Of a DNA stretch of 35,880 nt, positions 11,270 through 23,089 are shown one piece after another. Position numbers and translations under genes: made by a program. The stretch is from Octopus bimaculoides (Eukaryota). How positions within the stretch are numbered: the first letter of the stretch is position 1; every line of letters begins with the position of its first letter. The notes under the pieces were generated by a model. That model did no database searches, had not been told where the DNA came from, and saw only the letters and a program-made list of their open reading frames with translations. The stretch is taken from positions 8,793,663 to 8,829,542 of the forward strand of contig NC_068981.1 in the NCBI RefSeq assembly GCF_001194135.2. The letters are read 5' to 3'.

Positions 11270-11720
11270 GCAGTAGATGTAACTTAGCTAAAAAGTGATC
11301 ACTGACAGTAAAACAACAAAAATTAAAGTAAATTTATAAAAAACAAAAAAAAATTATTTCAAAGCAACAAAAACAATTTGTATGTGGCTAACATTTCATT
11401 TGCCAAAGGTAGACTAGCAACTGTTGCTAATTAGCCATTAATAGATTATTAAGGTAAAATTTTTAAACAAATTAACAAAAATTCATTGATTGATATTTCT
11501 GGATTTCTTTGGAATTAGGAGAAACTAAACACCTCATTAAATATGGAACTTGAAAGTCTAAGAAATAATATTCTACAACTCTGATGTAACCAACTCTGAT
11601 AGCTTTTAATTGACGTAATTATATAATTAACATTTTTATGTGCATTTAGAAACTATGAACACTGCACAATTGTCAGTTATTATTATCATTTCATTCGTCA
11701 TCGGTTAACGACTATCTTCC

Positions 11721-11746
11721 ATTATTATTATTATTATTATTATTAT

Positions 11747-11798
<52 letters not shown>
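11721..11798. repeat. Compound (ATT)n(AGT)n microsatellite
   Basis: Directly visible. Confidence 0.95.
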
Positions 11799-11799
<1 letters not shown>

Positions 11800-12286
11800 T
11801 GTTGATGTGAAATTAAGCCTGAGAGAGTGAGTCTGAACTGTTTTGAGCAATCAAAAATTTAAGTTATTGAAATGCCGAATGGGATAAAAGATGACTGATG
11901 ATTTAGGTTTTAAGTCATTGAGATATAGAGTAGGGTTAAGGATGATTGATGATGAAGGTTCATTGAAAACTTCAAGGATGTGTAAACATGTTGCTATTCT
12001 CCATTAGCAACGTGTTGGAAGGACAGATAATTGTGAGTGAAACCAACAGACAGACTGTAGAAATGGGCGAACGATACACAGATGGGGAAGAATTCAGCGA
12101 AGAGGGAGGAGAATAGCAGCTGAAATGTCAGAACACATAAAACGAAAATAGTTTGCCAGACATTAATGGCATTACTGACAGAAGGAAGAGGAATCCAAGA
12201 AGAAATGGTCAAGAATAAGAGTAACTTATTTTAATATTTCACAGAGAATCTACAGCAAAATAAATTTTAAATATTATGGCTTTGAT

Positions 12287-12732
12287 ATGTTGCTGGGACA
12301 TTTTAATACATTGATGGGACATTATAAAATGTTGGTGGGACATTATATGTTGGTGGGACATTATATGTTGGTGGAACATTATAATATACTGGTGGGATAT
12401 TATATGTTGGTGGGACATTATAATATACTGGTGGGACATTATAATATGCTGGTGGGACATTATATGTTGGTGGGGCATTATAATATGTTGGCGGGGCATT
12501 ATAATATGTTGGCAGGGCATTATAATATGTTGGTGGGGCATTATAATATGTTGGTGGGGCATTATAATACGATAGTGAGAGATTATAATATGTTAGTGGG
12601 ACATTATAATATGTTGGTGGGACATTATATGTTGTTGAGACATTATAATATGTTGGTGGGAGATTAAAATACGATGGTGGGAGATTATAATACGTTGGTG
12701 GGAGATTATAATACGATGATGGGAGATTATAA
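12287..12732. repeat. Minisatellite, ~22 units of 18/21 bp (GTTGGTGGGACATTAT[AAT]AT)
   Basis: Tandem units differ by a 3-nt indel, with no unique spacers. Confidence 0.93.
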
Positions 12733-13648
12733 GCTCATTGTAAATACTGACATAAAAGCAAAATATTCTCTATAACAAATATCCTGATATTTTGGGGACA
12801 AAATTCACTTCAGCTGGGTTTAATTAAATATGATATGCCAAGTAAATATTGAGCAGTAATAAATAAGTTTCACAGAATTTAGATAAACATCATTGAAAAC
12901 CCCTTTAAAGGGTATCTGGGCAATAATTTCAGAGGATTTTGTTGCAGTCTCACAATAAATACTGAGACATTACAGAAGAGTAGAAGGGGAGGGAATAAAC
13001 CTAAATAACAAGTGTACAGGGAGCACGACAAAGGATGGAGTTGGGGGGGGGGGGGGAGACACCAATAAGAATTAAAGTCTTCAATGCATGTTTTTTATTT
13101 TTCATAAATTTAATTATTAAAATAATGTTTTCTATTTGATAAACAAATTAATGATAAAATTAAATTATTAATTATCATTATTTCAAGATATTTTTCAATC
13201 ATTTTTGTTTTTTATTTATTAAATTTTCATCTCAGTTATGAGATTTATTTTAAATAATAATTTAATTAGTAATTAAATAAATTACGGCACTTGGAAGAAA
13301 AAAGGTATTGCTTCATTTCAAGACAGAAGAACAAAGAATACATTATTGTTGCAATAAATTTTGCAGAAGCAGTCAAAAATTGCTTTAAGAAGCTACATCC
13401 AGAAGATGGTAACAAAGATCGTTAATATCTGTAATCAATACAGTTACTAATTATGTACACAGGTGGCATTCATTTATATATTATTATTATTATTATTACT
13501 ATTATTATTACAGTTGAAGCAGAGAAAATAAAATTGTTTGTATTGGACCATAAAATGAAGATTGTCTTCTTCTATTGTGGAAATGTCAAAGATTTACTTA
13601 TAATAATAATAATAATAATAAAAACAATGATAATAATAATAAGTTATG

Positions 13649-13759
13649 TCACAATGATTCATTATCTGGGTTGCGGAATCCGTCACTGTGTCGCTCCTTG
13701 CCAATCATTTCCAAAAGCGCTTTGGTATCAGCATTGCCATCAAGAATGCTGCCTCCTCC
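13649..13759 (-). CDS. MEAK7: MEAK7 terminal coding exon 8 (GGGSILDGNADTKALLEMIGKERHSDGFRNPDNESL*)
   Basis: Acceptor CTGTTTCAG|GGA after a 146-nt intron, stop TGA at 13649-13651. Matches the human C-terminus SILDADPEAQALLEISGHSRHSEGLR. Confidence 0.92.
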   Translation of the reverse strand, partial: GGGSILDGNADTKALLEMIGKERHSDGFRNPDNESL

Positions 13760-16700
13760 CTGAAACAGATCCAAAAATAACCATATTAAACATACACACA
13801 CATATGCATATACATACATGACATGCACACATACTTGGTCGCTATAATTAATATAGCCTAATTAATCGTTAGAATTGAGGTGTATTTTCTAATTTCTTCT
13901 TATACCTGCGATGCTTCCGGAACCAAAGACTGAATGCTCCATACTTCAATAGCATCAACTTGGAACTCTGTCTGACCAGACAACTGCGGACTGCTGTAGG
14001 TGGTACACCTTGGAATGGCTTTACTGTGGCCGGTGTCGAAACTGTCATCGATCCATAAACCAAAATAATGTAACTGTCCACCCATTCCCTGAAATAAAAC
14101 AGAAACAATTAACAGAAACAATTAACTGAAACTACAAGAATAAAAGGTTCGAAGGGACACAGAGCCACCCTATTTAGGGAGAAAAATCATCATCTTCATT
14201 TAACATCTGTTTTCCATGCTGGCATGGGTTGGATGGCTTGAAAGGAGATGGCAAGGCTTTGTGCTTTGAGCTAGCTGAGAGATTTAAGATATAGAGGGGA
14301 CAGACATAGGTGTTTTGTTGTAGAGTAGAAACATGGATACTGCAGTTGGAAAACAAAAGAGAGGGAGTTGGAGAGTAAGATGAAGGGCGTGGTAGTGAGA
14401 GGGAGAGATGATAGTAGAAATGGGTTGGAATATTTTATCCTGCTGAACTGCTAACCATTACAAAGATTGCTCATTAGTGACAACAACCATTTCCATTACT
14501 CTCTCTCTCCCATTTCTCCCTCTTCATTCTGTCACTGTTCCCTACCCCCAGCTATACTCTGGCCCCCTCTCACCTTAATTCATCATCAACAATCACATTC
14601 TCTTCTGCCCACCCTGTTTTAACAGAGACAACAAAGCAATAAGGTCTCCTTTCTCTAGCAGAGTACCCGGCCACCCCATTAATGCTAGTCTCATGATAAA
14701 ACACACCCAGCAGACTTTGTAAAAGGGTTTGTTGATAAGTGATGGCAGTGGACGGCTGAGAGGAACCTTTCGTCTTGTCTTGACAAAGATATGGTGTTCT
14801 CTCTATTGCTGGTGCCAGGATAAAAAGCACCGAATACACTCTGAAGAAAAGGTTGGTGATAGGAAAATCATCCAGCCATGGAAACCACATGGGAAAATAG
14901 TTTGTATGAGTAAAATATGGTCCTCCAGATTCATCTGAGGAAATAGTAACCTTGAATAAGAATTGATCTGGATTATAACCACCTGTCCAATCCAAACCAG
15001 CCTGGAAAGCCAATCTATGATGATGATGATGATGATGATGGAGTAAATTGTAAAAAATGATGATCTGATCAGGTAAAATGAATTAACTTACAATTCCATT
15101 TGGAATGGTCTGTTGTCCTTGGTTCATGTACATGAAGTGGTCATTATAACCAGAAGGTAAATACACAGCAAGATTTGGTCTGAGAGAGAATAAACGGCAA
15201 TCATGAGAACCTGAAAAAGATGTTGAACACAATTAGAAGAAATCAGTAAATCAACGAGATTTCACTAAGATTTTAACATCTTAAATCTGAATTTCTAAAA
15301 GATTTCTTCATAGTGACTTTTACATTAATCCACCTCTCCTAAGCTTTGGGACAATTACCAGACTGACCATTCCTGGTTAAGCAGACCTTGTCATCAAAGG
15401 TATTTCTTTTATGGATACCCTTCATTTACATTTGGCGGATATTTGTCCTCATCTTGTCTGTTGTTAACACAACGTTTCGGCTGATACACCCTCCAGCCTT
15501 CATCAGGTGTCTGGGAGAAATTTTGAACCTGGGTTCTCATTCCTAAGGTATTTTTCGATGTTATTATTATTATTATTTAGGTCACTGCTTGAAATCAAAC
15601 CACTACGCCGTATTCCCACGGGCATACGACATAGTGGTTAAGAGCGTAGGCTACTAATCCCAAGATTCCAAGTTTGATTCCAAGCAGTGACCTGAATAAC
15701 TATCATCATTGTTTAACGTCCGCTTTCCATGCTAGCATGGGTTGGACAATTTGACTGAGGACTGGCGAAACCAGATGGCTTCCTAACACCAACCACTCCA
15801 AGAGTGTAGTGGGTGTTTTACGTGCCACCGACACAAGGGCCAGTAAGGCGATGCTAGTAACGATAACGCTCAAATGATGATATTTACATGCCACCGGCAC
15901 AGAAGCCAGACAGCTGCTCTGGCAATGATCACGCTCGGACGGTGCTGTTAGTGCTCCACTGGCACGGGTGCCAGTCATCGAATTTGGTTCAATTACAATT
16001 TTGATTTCACTTGCCCCAACAGGTCTTCACAAGCGGAGTTTAGTGTCCAATGAAGAAAAGGTTGGCATGGGTGCCAGTCGTCGAATTTGGTTCGATTTCG
16101 ATTTCACTTGCCTCAACAGGTCTTCGCAAGCAGAGTTTAGACATTACACATCCTGCGGAGCATACTGGTTTCATTCCTTGCGAGCTTACGCATGTTCTCA
16201 ACATCGAAAAATACCTTAATGAGAACCTAGGTTCGAAATTTCCCCAAGACACCTGATGAAGGCTGGAGGGTATATCAGGTGAAATGTTGTGTTAACAACA
16301 AACAAGATGAGGACAAATATCCGTCAAATGTAAATAATGTACATAATTCCTCATCTCTTAAATATAGAAGTGTATGGATACCCTTATTGTTCATTGACTC
16401 TGGGTATCTACCACCTATAAAATTTTTCTCTCTGCTGACTTGCTCTGATCCTACTGCATCCATAATTTACATAAAAGTCAACCATATGAAATTCCAGCTA
16501 ATTTTTCTCCCTTTTTTCCTTTTTTGTTATTTGGTTTCCAAGATTCTTGATATGAAATCATATGTTGGAATAAATTTTGTTATATCATGGGTGGGTCATT
16601 AAATCAATAAACAACACATGCTTACACACACACACACACTGGTTATATTACACTTCTGTTATTATAATGCATCAACTAACTGGCCATTTAACTAGTTGAT

Positions 16701-16816
16701 TGGTTGAATGATCATTCAGTCAATCAATCGATCAATCAGCTAGGTTCATCAGGATCCTTTCCTCACCATTTGCAACATCATCAATGACATGCCTTCACCA
16801 CTGGTTAACAAGTTGG

Positions 16817-16867
<51 letters not shown>

Positions 16868-19800
16868 GAACTAAAATAGAACCAGTGAGTGTGTTTCTTA
16901 TTGGCATTATGACTCTCCAAAAATATAATAGAATTTTCCTCTTTGATAGATTTACTTTAAAATCTTGATACTCAATTCTGCTTCCATGAGTAGAAAAGAC
17001 ATAACGTTCAGTTATTAGATGTTATTCTTCCAAAACATCTCATCAGACTGAATATCATTTAATTACTAATATTGGCATAAACCTTGACAAGATTTGCCCG
17101 ATAAAATGTTTTAATTACTGGAATTTCTTTGGGCAAAATTGAACCAGCTGTAAGAGAACATGTTGAATTTTTGCAATTAATAAATCNNNNNNNNNNNNNN
17201 NNNNNNNNNNNNNNNNNNNNNNNNNNNNNNNNNNNNNNNNNNNNNNNNNNNNNNNNNNNNNNNNNNNNNNNNNNNNNNNNNNNNNNNNNNNNNNNNNNNN
17301 NNNNNNNNNNNNNNNNNNNNNNNNNNNNNNNNNNNNNNNNNNNNNNNNNNNNNNNNNNNNNNNNNNNNNNNNNNNNNNNNNNNNNNNNNNNNNNNNNNNN
17401 NTATATAGTGTTATCCTAAGTGGTACACAGTACCAGAATTTTCAAGTTGAGTGAAATATAGTAATTTGGGGATCCACCGTATTATTTTAAGGGACAGTGA
17501 AAAAAAAAAAAACTGTTTGCTTTAGATGTATTTCTTGCAAGAAATGTCTCGTTTTCTTTCTCTTAACAGAGTTCAACATGTTTCTTGCTAAAGATGCAAG
17601 CGAACATAGAAATCAAAATTGGAATTTTGAAAGAAGTCATCTATAAAACTAGTTTATGAAACATCAAATGGCTAAGGGGGTCCACCAGTTCTTTCAAAAT
17701 CCCATCCTCTTCCTTTCCAGCTTCTTTCAGATCTTCCACTCTCTTTGTCAAGAACCCTTTTTTTTTCTCTAATCAACTGAAAGTCTACATCAGTTAGCCA
17801 CCCATTCTTTCTAATCTCTCCAACTTGATCACATAATCCCTGGTCAGTTATTTCAAACATTCACCTTTCCTTCAATTTATCTGTGCATTCTTTGTCTGTC
17901 TCCTCAATTTGCTTCTTCCATTTTCTTAAACAAGAGTTATTCGCGTAGCAACACACCATAACTACAACATTTATTCGTTTGCTCCAGCTCAGTCTTGCTT
18001 ATTGCCTACCAGTTGCTGTTTATCCACTGGGCCACCCTGCTGCACAGCGGGATGCCTGCCGGATGTGACACCTTCACCATTGTTGGCTCCAATATCATTC
18101 CCATCGTTATTTACGTCTCAAAACTGCTAGCCTTCTTCCAAAATTATTACTATTACTATTAATAATAATAATAAAATTATTATTATAAGTGAAGAAAATA
18201 ATTGGTTAAAAAGCAATGAAAGGTAAATAGTTGTACTCACCATAAAATTTGGGTCGCAGTTGCCAGCTACAGCTGGTTATCCCACCGAAACAATGCTTGT
18301 CTTTGTCTTGAATAATTAAGACAGTGGGCCCTTTATTTAGAATATATGAGATTAATTGTGAAAAACTGTTACCATGGAGTCGACTACTGAATAAGAGGGT
18401 CCATTTTGCACAGAGTTCCTTGGGGAGATGATGAGAAAGGTAAACTAGAGATGAGAAATCAAGAAGTGTATTAAATTTGTTCCAATTGACTCCAGTAACA
18501 CGAGGCAGTTGAATTAATTGATGCTCCAATACAGAAGAGGCACTTGCATCAGTAATATTAAACTGAAAAATAGTTTTATTTAAAAAAATATATATATTTA
18601 ATACCTTTAGCAACACAATCACATATTAAAAGACTTTATTGATATAAAAATATATTAAAAGACTTTATCATACAAATATACACTAAAGGTCTTTAATGAA
18701 AATGGCAATCCCAAACTATTTTTCCCATAGGAAATTCAAGAGAAGGCAATGCAAGTTCAAAGAGGGATGTGCAACAAGCAAAAGCTAGGCACCAACTGAT
18801 GCTCTCCTTCCACTGATCTTTCCAGCTTGTTGCCATCTTGCATGTTTCTTACTCAAGACACCATTCATCACCCAAGATGTTCAGAAACCAATTTGTTCAA
18901 GATGAGAGACATTTGTAAACCAAGATTCCATTGTGTCTTGGTGGTTTGGAAAAGTACAACAGTTTTTAAAATGATGGGTGAAAGATGCCAGGAGTTGTTT
19001 CCTAGTTTTCATGCCTGGTCTCTTCATGAAACTAGGGTTTAACATTGGAACAAAGTATTTATATCAACAGCAATCACACCAAATGTGTTTATACCCTTGT
19101 GTGTTTATTCTCAATCCCATTTACAAAAGAGTAGAAATACACCAAGTGTAAGACTTTCCATAAATCAATTCATGCCATTTCTCTGTTTATCTTCAATAAT
19201 TTGTCACTCAGACAAAAACACTCTAAATCGATCCATCAACTTTTTTTTATAAAGTTCAAGACTCAAGTGAGGAGGTTTTGCTTTGTCTTACAAAGGTATT
19301 TGGTGACCCTGTCAGTGATGGTGCCATGTTAAAAGCATTGGTACCAGTGCAATGTAAAAGGTACAGGTGCTATGTAAAAAGCACTGGTGATGGTGTCACA
19401 TAAAAAGTACCCATGCTGGTGTCAGGTAAAAAGCACCCAGTCCACTCTGTAAAGTGGTTGGCATTAGGAAGGGCATCCAGCTGTAGAAACCAAGCTAAAA
19501 CAGATTATAGAATATGGAGCAGCTTTTTGGCTTTCCAGCTCATGTGAAACTGTCCAACCCATGCCAGCATGGAAAATGGACAAATGATGATGATGACATC
19601 TTCAACAAAATGGAACTAAAAATATTGATTGCAAAACCAAAAATAGGAAAAAGTTTTCTATAAAGAAACAAAAAACAAACAACACTGTCTTGGAACTGTA
19701 AATAACATTTCTCTTTAATTTACAGTTTTATCTGAAAACTTTGGTTCCAGACAACATTTTCAAAACAAAACTCAAACTTTCTGTGATGCCCATCAATAAA

Positions 19801-22195
19801 ATTCTTCATTCGAAATAAAAATAAAAAAACTAAATACACACACACTCACACAGCATTAAATTACAAAGAGAGTAGAACTATTTTTAAATTCTTTTACTTG
19901 TTTAAACCAAGAGTGTCACCATGCTGGAGAAACAATTTCAAAGGTTCCAGTGAATCCTATTAATCACAGCACTTATTCCAATTTACTTATTTTACCAATC
20001 TCTGTCAAATGGTCCAAGAAACAACCCACTTTTTTTTCTTTTACACGTCTACAATAACAAGCTTCTGCACAGTTTCCACCAAATTCCACTGACAATGCAT
20101 TGGTCAACTTATGTTCACAGAAGAAAATAGGTGCCTAAGATGGCACTTAGTAGCATAGAACCAGGAACCACGTCAGAGAAGGACACTTCTTAACAACAAC
20201 ACAACCTTGGCACTAATTGATAGATTATTTTTTTTTAAGTATTTTTTCTCATAAAACATTTTAAGAATTCCAAAAGAAACGGTGAGGGAAAATTGGATAC
20301 TTACATCTGTTATCAAGTTGAAACATTTGAAGAAAACAGTATCAAAAATTTTCCGGAATAAAGCTGCTTTGAGTAACCAAATTTCTACCTCAGTTTCACT
20401 GAGTTCAAACTCATTGCTGTCATGATTTTTGTCTGTTGGGTGAGCAAACACAGATTTAATCTCAAACAATGAAACTAAAAGCTTAAGGTTCAAGTAAAAG
20501 GCAAAAATTGATCAATCTGTACTAAAGACTCAAAGTTCATCCGTTTTCCTGTCGTTTGATTAAAATGATAAAGATTACAAATAAAATAATCATTTCTCCC
20601 TTTAAGAAAAAAAAAAAATCAAGTTGAAAATGTCAACACTTCAAAGAGCCAGCCCAGCTACAACTGTCTGTCCCTTTTTCTAGTTACTTTCTTTTTTCTA
20701 TGTGAGTGCCGTAGACTTGAAAGATAGAAATTCTCCCTATATTTTTGAAATTTTTGGATCATGGGTACTTGATTTTCTTTTCTTTCTTTTTTTTTTTCTT
20801 AAGTGGGAAAATTACTATTTTATTTAAAATGAAATATCTTAATCAAAAGGCAGAAAAAACAGACAAAGAGACTATCTCTTTACAGACAAAGATCAATTGC
20901 AATGGGAGGAGTTGAATCTCATAAGAAAGGAGAAACAAACAAACAAATGGGTTGTACCTTATAATGAGACTCTCTGAAGAGTGTTCAAATGTCATTGTAA
21001 CATTGAAATCATAACCTCAGTCAGGTAAATTAAGTACGTCATCAGGTAAACACTGAAAGGAAATGACCAAGCTGCTATGATAACAAATTTAGTCAATATC
21101 TAATGGCTAAGTATATTCGACCATCCAAAGCAATTGCATCTAGTTTGGGATTTTCAGTTCATGAAAAAGCACCTTCATTAGTGAGATTGCAAGTTCATCA
21201 ACCAGATGAACAAAGAATATTGCTCAGAAATAATGAGAATATATATATATGGCTGCCAATGAACAACATGAGAAGAACACTGACCATATTCCTAGCATGC
21301 ATAATGTCTATGTCATGTCTCTATCACTAATGTCAGTGAAGCCCTTAGCAAAGGAAAGTGCCTTGATCAGTAACCCTTTCGCTACCGACAGGTAAAAATT
21401 GGTTGAATTGTGTGAACCTTGCTCTGCCCCTCCCCCAGTTGGTATTAAACCATAAGGTCACTTCTTCAGTGCTGCGCCAGAGAGAGAGAGGCCAGAGAGA
21501 GAGAGGCCAGAGGCTCTCCCTATGTCATCATTAATCTTGCTTGCTTGCCTGGCTGATCCTCCTTTGGGGTCCCAGAAAGACAATTCATTACATCCCTGGT
21601 CAGCCATGTGTAGCACCTCTAAGATGAAGGAACGCCATACAATATCAAGTGGAAGATCTTAGAATGGCTGGGATCCTACACCAACAGGAGTGTATGCTGC
21701 CAGCTCTGCATAGCTGAGCAAGCTAGGATATTCAAACATTCCTTGAGACCTGGGTCGCTGAAATCTTCACACTATGCATCCATTATTTCAAGCATAGGAT
21801 TCCCCGTTTGCTGACTAAGCCCAGAAGAGTCCTTACAATCCAATAGCAGCCCAAGGAATTAAACCCTTATTCCCCTCACCAGATCCACAGATAGCTGGTT
21901 TAGGAGAGAGAACCTGTGCTCACTAACACTGGACTTTTTATTCCCTGATGACCAAATGACCAATGACCGTAACAGATTTCTACCTCTCAAAGGTGATGAG
22001 TTAAACTTGTCTTTGGACTAGAATCTGATTGAGTCATCTGTGAAGCTGCAACCTTCTTGAATGCAAAGCCATTGGTCACTCTATGACCAGACATTAACTT
22101 TATTACTTTAATACTTTTCTACTCTATATTTTAGAGTGTGCTTCTTTTTGGATATATGATACATTAATACACACACACACANNNNNNNNNNACAT

Positions 22196-22248
<53 letters not shown>

Positions 22249-23045
22249 AAAGTAAAAACTTACTGTGGACAAAGCTGCATGGAGTTCGATTATAAATAAA
22301 TATAAAATACATCAAGTACAGGACGTCACCAACAAGTGAAAATTAAGTAAACAAATGAGAGACGAGTACAGGACAAATTACCGAAAGAAGTCTAACCCCT
22401 CCTCAGTTGTCGACTGTTAATTACTACCTATTTTGAGCTTTCAACGCCAATATAGGAAAACTTCAGAAACAACAGCTTCCAGAAACTTTAAAAATATAAA
22501 ATTTCTGGAGAGTTAGAGCTTTGAACGAACAAACAACGACAGAGTGGACAAACAGAGTAAACAATCGACAAATATTAAGGGCCGTTAGGCCAAGACGCAT
22601 TGCATTTATTTTATATCCTTTCAAACTTTCTCCCAGGTGTTACCCACTACAATGCATCTTGGCCTAGCAGCCCTTAATGTTTGTCTTGGTCGATTGTTTA
22701 CTCTGTGTGTCCACTCTGTCGTCGTTTGTTTGTTCAAAGTTCTAACTCTCCAGAAATTTTATATTTTAAAAATTTCTGGAAGCTGTTGTTTCTGAAATTT
22801 TCCTATATTGTCGTTGAAAGCTCAAAACAAGGTAGTAATTAACAGTTGACAACTGAGGAGGGGTTAGACTTCTTTTGGTAATTTGTCTCATACTCGTCTC
22901 TCATCTGTTTACGTATTTTTCACTTGTTGGTGATGTCCTGTTCTTATTGTATATTTTTTGGTATTTTGTCCTGTACTTATCACTCGTGTGTCCACGTAAT
23001 TTTCACTCGTTGGTGATGTCCTGTACTTGATGCATTTTATATTTA

Positions 23046-23089
<44 letters not shown>

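Larger units (their letters stand above)
15619..16370 (+). mobile_element. tRNA-headed, hammerhead-bearing repeat, right copy, interrupted by an RTE-derived insertion
   Basis: Head GGGCATACGACATAGTGGTTAAGAGCGTAGGCTACTAATCCCAAGATTCCAAGTTTGATTCC (15620-15681) has A/B-box-like motifs. The body resumes at 16199 (AACATCGAAAAATACC...) after the insertion. Confidence 0.7.

Noticed and set aside
11994-12212. 72-aa minus ORF and an acidic plus-strand stretch (..EMGERYTDGEEFSEEGGE*)
   Set aside because: No recognisable homology, and MEAK7 already terminates at 13649. No start or splice chain can be built.
12287-12732. CRISPR-like regular repeat
   Set aside because: The units are contiguous with no unique spacers, there are no cas genes and the context is eukaryotic. 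It is a minisatellite.
14570-15013. 147-aa minus ORF inside MEAK7 intron 6
   Set aside because: It starts within a degenerate RTE-type (CAT)n tail and has no domain I recognise. Exons 6 and 7 join in frame without it.
15755-15775. CTGAGGA-CTGGC-GAAA-CCAG, hammerhead-like
   Set aside because: No helix II can form, there is no UH site with a helix I partner, and it lies on the antisense of an RTE 3' UTR. The same applies to CTGAGGACGAAA at ~6701.
21945-21976. CTGATGA...CCGTAAC downstream of the PLE remnant
   Set aside because: GAAA is mutated to GTAA and helices are not evident. It is not called as a ribozyme and is only mentioned as a possible relic.
22161-22200. ACATTAA(T)ACACAC duplicated on both sides of a 10-N gap
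   Set aside because: Most likely a contig-overlap assembly artefact.
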